Shown here: in pieces, positions 58,601 through 64,000 of the stretch
How positions within the stretch are numbered: position 1 is the stretch's first letter
Layout: every line of letters begins with the position of its first letter
Origin: Psammoneis japonica
Lineage: Eukaryota
NCBI GenBank assembly: GCA_008632985.1
Contig: QPGO01000001.1
Coordinates: forward strand, 466,404 to 530,403
DNA length: 64,000 nucleotides
Reading direction: 5' to 3'
Translations under genes and position numbers: made by a program
The notes under the pieces: model-generated
The model's input: the letters and a program-made list of their open reading frames with translations, nothing else
What the model was told of the DNA's origin: nothing
Database searches by the model: none

Positions 58601-61323
58601 GTGTGTGCTTCATGCTCAACCACACAGCATCCCCACGTCTCCACTGGCGCACGCCCCTCGAGACTCTCACTGGCTCCACCCCAGACATCAGCCCATTGCT
58701 TCGCTTTCACTGGTGGGAACCCGTGTGCTTCCACCTCGATGACTCCGATTGGCTGTCCGAATCCCGTGAGTTGCGTGGACGCTTTGTTGGCATTGCTGAG
58801 CACGTCGGCCACCAGATGACCTTCAAGATTCTCTCTGACGAGACTCAAAAGATCCTCTGCCGGTCCAACGTACGCTCCGCTGCCACCGATCCTGCCGCTC
58901 GAAACCTGCGTCTTGATCCTCCTGATGGGGAGCCACCTGAACCCATCATCAAATCTTGCCATGACGACAACCCCGTTGATTCTCCTGATGGGGAGATCAG
59001 GACACCCAAGATGCCAGTTTTCGATCCGCAAGACATCATCGGATGCACCTTCCTCATGCAGCCACAAGAGGACGGACAACGCCACAGAGCTCGCATCGTC
59101 AAGGCCGTCGAAGACCATGAATGGAAAGTGAATGGCAATCCCGAGCTCACCAAGTTTGTCTGCTCTGTCAACAACGATGAATGCGAGGAAGTCCTTGCCC
59201 ACAACGACATCATGAATCACATTGAGCAAGAAGACGAAGACACCACTGTTTGGAAATTTCGACGCATCGTGTCACACGAAGGACCTCTGAAGCCTCATGA
59301 CCCAACCTGGAAAGGCTCAAGCTACAACATCATGCTTGAATGGGAAAGTGGGGAGATCACGTCCAAGCCTCTTGCCATCATCGCCAAGGACGACCCCGTC
59401 ACCTGCGCCATCCATGCACGAGAGAACGGACTTCTCGACACTGATGGCTGGAAGCGGTTCCGCACCATCGCGAGGTGCCAAAAGAAGCTGTTTCGCGTGG
59501 CCAACCAAGCCAAGCTTTGCTCCTTCCACACTGCACCTCGAGGCAAGTACGGATGCGAAGATCCCCGGAACTGCAAACACACCATGTCACCAGACGAACG
59601 CAATGGCAACCGCAAATGGGGAGATGCAACTAATCTCAAGATGGACCAACTCGAGGAATGCGAAGTCTTCCATGACTGCGGGCCCTTCGAGTCTTCCACT
59701 CCTCCTGCGGGACACAAGAAGATCCGAGTGCACCCAGCGCACGACGTGAAACACAACGGTCGCCACAAGGCACGACTCGCAGCCGATGGGCACCTCATGG
59801 ATGCACCTGTCGACAGTGTCTGCTCCGGAGCAGTCTCCCTCCGTGGCCTTCGGCTGATGATTTTCCTGGCTGAACTCAACGAGTTGGAGACATGGGCCAC
59901 CAACATTGGCAATGCCCACCTTGAAGCCACCACCAAGGAGAAGCTCTACATTGCAGCCGGACCCGAATTTGGCAAACTCGAAGGACACATCCTTGTCATC
60001 CACAAGGCCCTGTGTGGACTCCGCAGCTCTGGTCTCCGCTGGCACGAGCGCTTCGCCGACTGCCTGCAAGCTGAAGGATTCTTCCCCTGTCACGCCAAAC
60101 CCGACATTTGGATGCGCAGGAACGGCAACCACTGTGAACACATTGCCATTTATGTGGATGACCTCGCCATTGCCATGAAGGACCCTCAATCTTTCGTCGA
60201 CACTCTCACAAAAAAGCACAAGTTCAAGCTCAAGGGTGCGGGGCCCATTGAGTTCCATCTGGGTTGCGACTTTTCCCGGGATCCCGACGGAACCTTTTGC
60301 CTGTCTCCGCGCAAGTGCATCGAGCGCATGGTCGACAGCCACGCCCGACTGTTTGGGGAGAAACCCACCACCAACGCCCTGTCACCTCTGGAGAAGGGTG
60401 ACCACCCCGAACTGGACACTTCCGAACTGCTGGGGCCCGATGGCATTCACAAGTTCCAGTCTCTTGTTGGTTCACTCCAATGGGCAGTGTCCCTTGGTCG
60501 AATTGACATCACCACAGCCATCATGTCACTCTCTAGTTTCTGAGCTGCACCCCGTCAAGGCCACTTGGATCATGCCAAACGCGTCTGTGGGTGCCTCTCC
60601 AAGATGCGACACGGCACTCTCCGTGTTCGCACGGAAGAGCCCGACTGTTCGGATCTCCCTGCCCCGGCCTGTGAATGGATGCATTCCATGTACGGCGAAG
60701 CAGAAGAGATGATCCCAAAGGACGCTCCACCGCCCCTTGGCAAGTTCGTCACCACCACCCACTGCGTCGATGCAAACTTGCACCATTGCATGCTCACCGG
60801 ACGCTCTGTCATGGGAATGCTCCACTTCCTCAACAAATTCCCGGCTGACTGGTTCTCCAAGAAGCAAGCCACCATGGAGACTGCGACCTGCGGGTCTGAA
60901 TTTGTTGCCGCAAGGACTTGTGTTGAGCAGATTGTTGACCTGCGCATCACCCTGCGCCACCTTGGCGTCCCGACCCGCAATGTCAGTTGCATGTTCGGTG
61001 ACAACAAGTCGGTTGTAGACAGTGCCACCATCCCGCACTCCAAGTTACACAAGCGACACACCGCACTGTCGTTCCACCGTGTGCGTGAGGCAATTGCCTC
61101 TGGTTGCCTTGAGCTCCACTTCATCGAAGGCTCCCGCAACCCTGCTGACATTCTCAGCAAGCATTGGGGTCACTCCCAAATCTGGGACCTTCTCCGCCCC
61201 CTCATGTTCTGGAACTTCATTCCATCCAAAGTCGAATCTGTTTCTGTGGCTCCTCGAGCAAACTGGGGAGTGACAGGATTTGAACAGGATTCAGGTGCGC
61301 GCGAAACATCGCGCGCTGTTTAG
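55654..61323 (+). pseudogene. Copia gag-pol polyprotein with two in-frame TGA stops
   Basis: Single frame with stops at 56077 (FK*GIK) and 60541 (SF*AAP), both explicable as CGA->TGA. Motifs are protease VDCGANGG, integrase TDTVH...SEPHQQHQN, RT KARL...YVDDL and RNase H VDAN...GSEFVAA...NPADILSK. Confidence 0.93.
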
Positions 61324-61546
61324 TTCACTGTGCACAGTTTTGTGTGCTTTAGTTCCGCGCGTTCGCGCGCGATGCAGTTTGCTTTCGAGCCACAAGGCTC
61401 ACAAGAACAACAACAGCAGCCCGATCACACTGACTTGCATGTCTTTCGGCTCCTGTGATGGTCTCTGAGCGGAGACTCATCTGCCATTTAGACAGCAGTG
61501 AGGAGTTGTTGTTTGAATTCTTGCCATTTGCCTTCAATTTCTGTCA
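61271..61546 (+). repeat. 3' LTR
   Basis: Collinear with the 5' LTR and the same length. Confidence 0.97.
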
Positions 61547-61950
61547 TGTCGAAGCATGAAGGCAAATGAACGTCATCTGGCTCAAGCTCTTGAACAGAGC
61601 CCTGTTGCACTGGACTTGGCAGGTGGGTTTTGATGCACAAGCCAAGTCAGAGCTCAAAGCAAAGGCCTCTTGTTGAGGCGCACCCAAACCGTGGTGAGGT
61701 GCGAGGGCGCGCAGAAGGAGTGCCTTGCCAAACCTGAGAGCCACGCAGTCAAAGCAGTCTTCAACACAATTTTTTTCTTTTCTGCACTGAAGACAACTGC
61801 ACTTTTGCTTCCTTCGAGGTGAAAAAAGCAGCTCTGCCAGCTAGAGAGTGCAGTGGAGAGAGACAGGATCCACAGCAGCCCAGTTCGTCACCCACATGAA
61901 ACGATGAGGCTGCCATGAGCTTAGAACAGGCCGCTTGCGCTTTTTTCTGG
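61547..61950 (+). repeat. Upstream module of the FG-GAP unit (continues from 54737-54776; not followed by the gene)
   Basis: Matches 36110-36580 and 28925-29330 up to GCGCTTTTTTC, then homology stops. Confidence 0.88.
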
Positions 61951-62222
61951 AATAGATTTGGCAACTTTCAGAAGAAGTAACCCGAAAGTTCTCTGAAAGT
62001 TGATGCAAATATAACATCACATGTCTGCACACACACATGACCTTGAAACGCGCCAGAATTTTTACATCATCAGATTCACCACCACCCGCAAGACTTCTGC
62101 GACACCGTGCTAAAGTTCGAGACTAGAGACACGGCACGGAGGAGACATCGTCTCACAAAAAAGCAGACGCAGCCACACAGCTGTCACAGAAGCCACCCGC
62201 AACAACAGAGCAGCCGTGCAGC

Positions 62223-64000
62223 ATGCCCACTTCGACCCTTGAGGCGCCAATCATGAAGGCGTCTAGGGCCCCTTCTACCACAAGTGGCGACAAGTCTGCA
62301 ATCAAAACGTTTGACGCGTTTCAAGACAAAAAACAAGACAAGCCGTTTCACGGATTGGAGGAACGTCATGTGGATGGATGCCACCTCAGGACACTTGTGA
62401 TGCGCTTCAGCAAGTTCTTGTCGGATGAGCCCATCTGTCGGTATGACAATCCCTCCAACGGGCTAGCAGGAATTGACGGAAAGCAGCGAATTTTTGGAAA
62501 GGTCAAAGAAGCGCTAAAAATGAAGTTCCCCAAGCACCCTGACTGGGAAGACGAGGACAAGTGGCACAAGCCTCTGTTCAAAGATGTGGCAAAGGCCACT
62601 GATAAAGCCAACCTCCTTAGCATGGAGTGTTCTGACAAAAGGACTTTGCCCCTGGTTCCAAACGTGTCTTCAGAATGTGTTCGAGCCAAGCAGCGAAATG
62701 CTGTTCTTACGTCTGACAGAAATTCAATGTTGAGACGCGAGAACGGTGCATTCGCAAACGACATCGAGACGTTGCTTCTTGCTCTTGTTCTGCAATGCAA
62801 TTATCCAATGATGAACAATGGCCCTCTTCAGCAGCGTTGCTGGATTTTGATGGGTGCCATGGCTGCTGGACGTGGAGGGGAAGTGAGGCATCAACGGCAC
62901 GATGAATGGTTCTGGGATTTATTTTATGAGAATTTGGAAGCAACGTGGTGTGAGCCGAAGACTGTGGATTTGTGTGGACTCCTCTTCCCACCAAACAAAA
63001 AGTCTCATCTCTTTGATCTCTACCATGCTTTCGCGTGTTTCTATTCTTGTGAGAAAGGTCTCTATCGTCCAGACAGCATGGAGAAGGAGCTCCACAAGCA
63101 CACTTTTCCAGACTTGTGGAGCGTGAGCGACAAGTGTGTTGCCGCTAAGTTGACGTCTATTGTTCGAAGCAAGGTCAACCCGGTTCTACAGAACGATCAT
63201 TCTTCTAAGTCCATTCGAGTTGGCATGGCTACATTCTTGAATTCGCATCGAGGAGTGTCAGTTGAAGAAGCGGACGCTCGAGTTGGATGGGCGCCCGGAG
63301 CTGCCAATGGCAAGACTTACAAACGAATTACACCGCAGCTCACTCTTCCAGCGGCAAACGCGATGATGGGCTGGGATGACACTGCCGGCAAGAAATTTGC
63401 TCCAAACTTGGAATGCCTTGGGAGCCATGTGCAAGATGATGTTGAACGTCTCATTGAAAAATTGCACATGATCTCTGACTCTCTTGCTCAATTTCTGAAA
63501 GGAGGGGAGCTGCGTCCCTTCTTGCGTTCTTGCACGGCTAGTGTGATTCGGCATCACGCTGAAGTTTCGAAGGAGCTTCGTCAAAACCATCAAATCGTGT
63601 ACACGTTGGAGCGTGCTGCAGCAGAAGCGAAGATTCGTGATGGTGACACGGCTGACACCTCACAAGTGCTTCGGATCTGGGGAAAGAAAATAGACGCTAG
63701 CTTTCAAGACCGCAACCCGGATCTTTCAAGTGACATCAACCTTGCTTTACAGATAAAGCAGCAGAATGAGCTATTGTCTCGTGCATTGTCAGTGTGTGAT
63801 GCACAACGTACCGAGCTTTCCGAGCAAGCCCACGCGATTCGCAACTTGGAGATGGCTCAGCTTGAGGCCAATCAGTCCAGTAAGAAAAGGAACATTGAAC
63901 TCCTATCATCGGAGGAGGAAGATGGCACGACGGATTTTGCGGACGAAAAAATATCCAATCGAGACGGCGGCATCGAGTGCAACGTCATTGATGAAAACGC
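62223..64000 (+). CDS. Tyrosine recombinase, Crypton-like (open to the window end; absent from the ORF track because no stop is reached)
   Basis: My translation from ATG 62223 is open to 64000. It gives MAAGRGGE (Arg, ~62871), WCEPKT (Lys), SSKSIRVG (~63201-63224), ARVGW and GKTY (Tyr, 63318), the R-K-xxR-W-Y catalytic set of tyrosine recombinases. Confidence 0.82.
   Translation, partial: MPTSTLEAPIMKASRAPSTTSGDKSAIKTFDAFQDKKQDKPFHGLEERHVDGCHLRTLVMRFSKFLSDEPICRYDNPSNGLAGIDGKQRIFGKVKEALKMKFPKHPDWEDEDKWHKPLFKDVAKATDKANLLSMECSDKRTLPLVPNVSSECVRAKQRNAVLTSDRNSMLRRENGAFANDIETLLLALVLQCNYPMMNNGPLQQRCWILMGAMAAGRGGEVRHQRHDEWFWDLFYENLEATWCEPKTVDLCGLLFPPNKKSHLFDLYHAFACFYSCEKGLYRPDSMEKELHKHTFPDLWSVSDKCVAAKLTSIVRSKVNPVLQNDHSSKSIRVGMATFLNSHRGVSVEEADARVGWAPGAANGKTYKRITPQLTLPAANAMMGWDDTAGKKFAPNLECLGSHVQDDVERLIEKLHMISDSLAQFLKGGELRPFLRSCTASVIRHHAEVSKELRQNHQIVYTLERAAAEAKIRDGDTADTSQVLRIWGKKIDASFQDRNPDLSSDINLALQIKQQNELLSRALSVCDAQRTELSEQAHAIRNLEMAQLEANQSSKKRNIELLSSEEEDGTTDFADEKISNRDGGIECNVIDEN

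Larger units (their letters stand above)
54777..61546 (+). mobile_element. Full-length Ty1/copia LTR retrotransposon (diatom CoDi-like), inactivated
   Basis: Two 276-bp TG...CA LTRs. The 5-bp TSD TGTCG is at 54772-54776 and 61547-61551, and a purine tract GGGGAG precedes the 3' LTR. Domain order is gag-PR-IN-RT-RH. The flanks join into the FG-GAP upstream module. Confidence 0.97.

Noticed and set aside
55654..61323. Alternative genetic code or TGA readthrough as the explanation of the Tyr->Cys/His changes and in-frame stops
   Set aside because: Host genes in the same window use TAT/TAC normally, non-coding DNA is also TpA-depleted, and both TGA stops sit at conserved Arg positions (CGA->TGA).
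54777..61546. Classical fungal RIP or APOBEC editing
   Set aside because: Both are C->T processes that raise TpA and create stops, whereas conserved motifs here show TA being lost.
1..64000. tRNA or rRNA genes
   Set aside because: None were recognised by eye; a covariance-model scan was not possible.

Overview
This is a eukaryotic, repeat-rich window, most likely from a diatom or other stramenopile (inferred from the TE families and protein architecture, not proven). Host genes are a membrane-anchored sulfatase/alkaline-phosphatase-superfamily gene (10048-12225) and a tandem array of type II membrane FG-GAP/integrin-alpha-like beta-propeller genes. The array has two intact copies, two copies with one lesion each and several relics; several copies trail a V-ATPase c'' fragment. 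Between the genes lie a CRE-like non-LTR element, a full-length Ty1/copia element (276-bp LTRs, 5-bp TSD), the start of a Crypton-type tyrosine recombinase ORF, and a gene cassette encoding apparent DNA-modifying enzymes (MTase-like; TET/JBP-like fused to aG/PT-pyrophosphorylase-like). The most striking signal is a domain-restricted hypermutation. In TE and intergenic blocks almost every TpA has become TpG or CpA, turning conserved Tyr into Cys/His, while genic islands keep normal TpA. This resembles a RIP-like genome defence running in the opposite direction to fungal RIP, and it appears to act faster than CpG decay. All family assignments are by motif recognition; no database searches were run.
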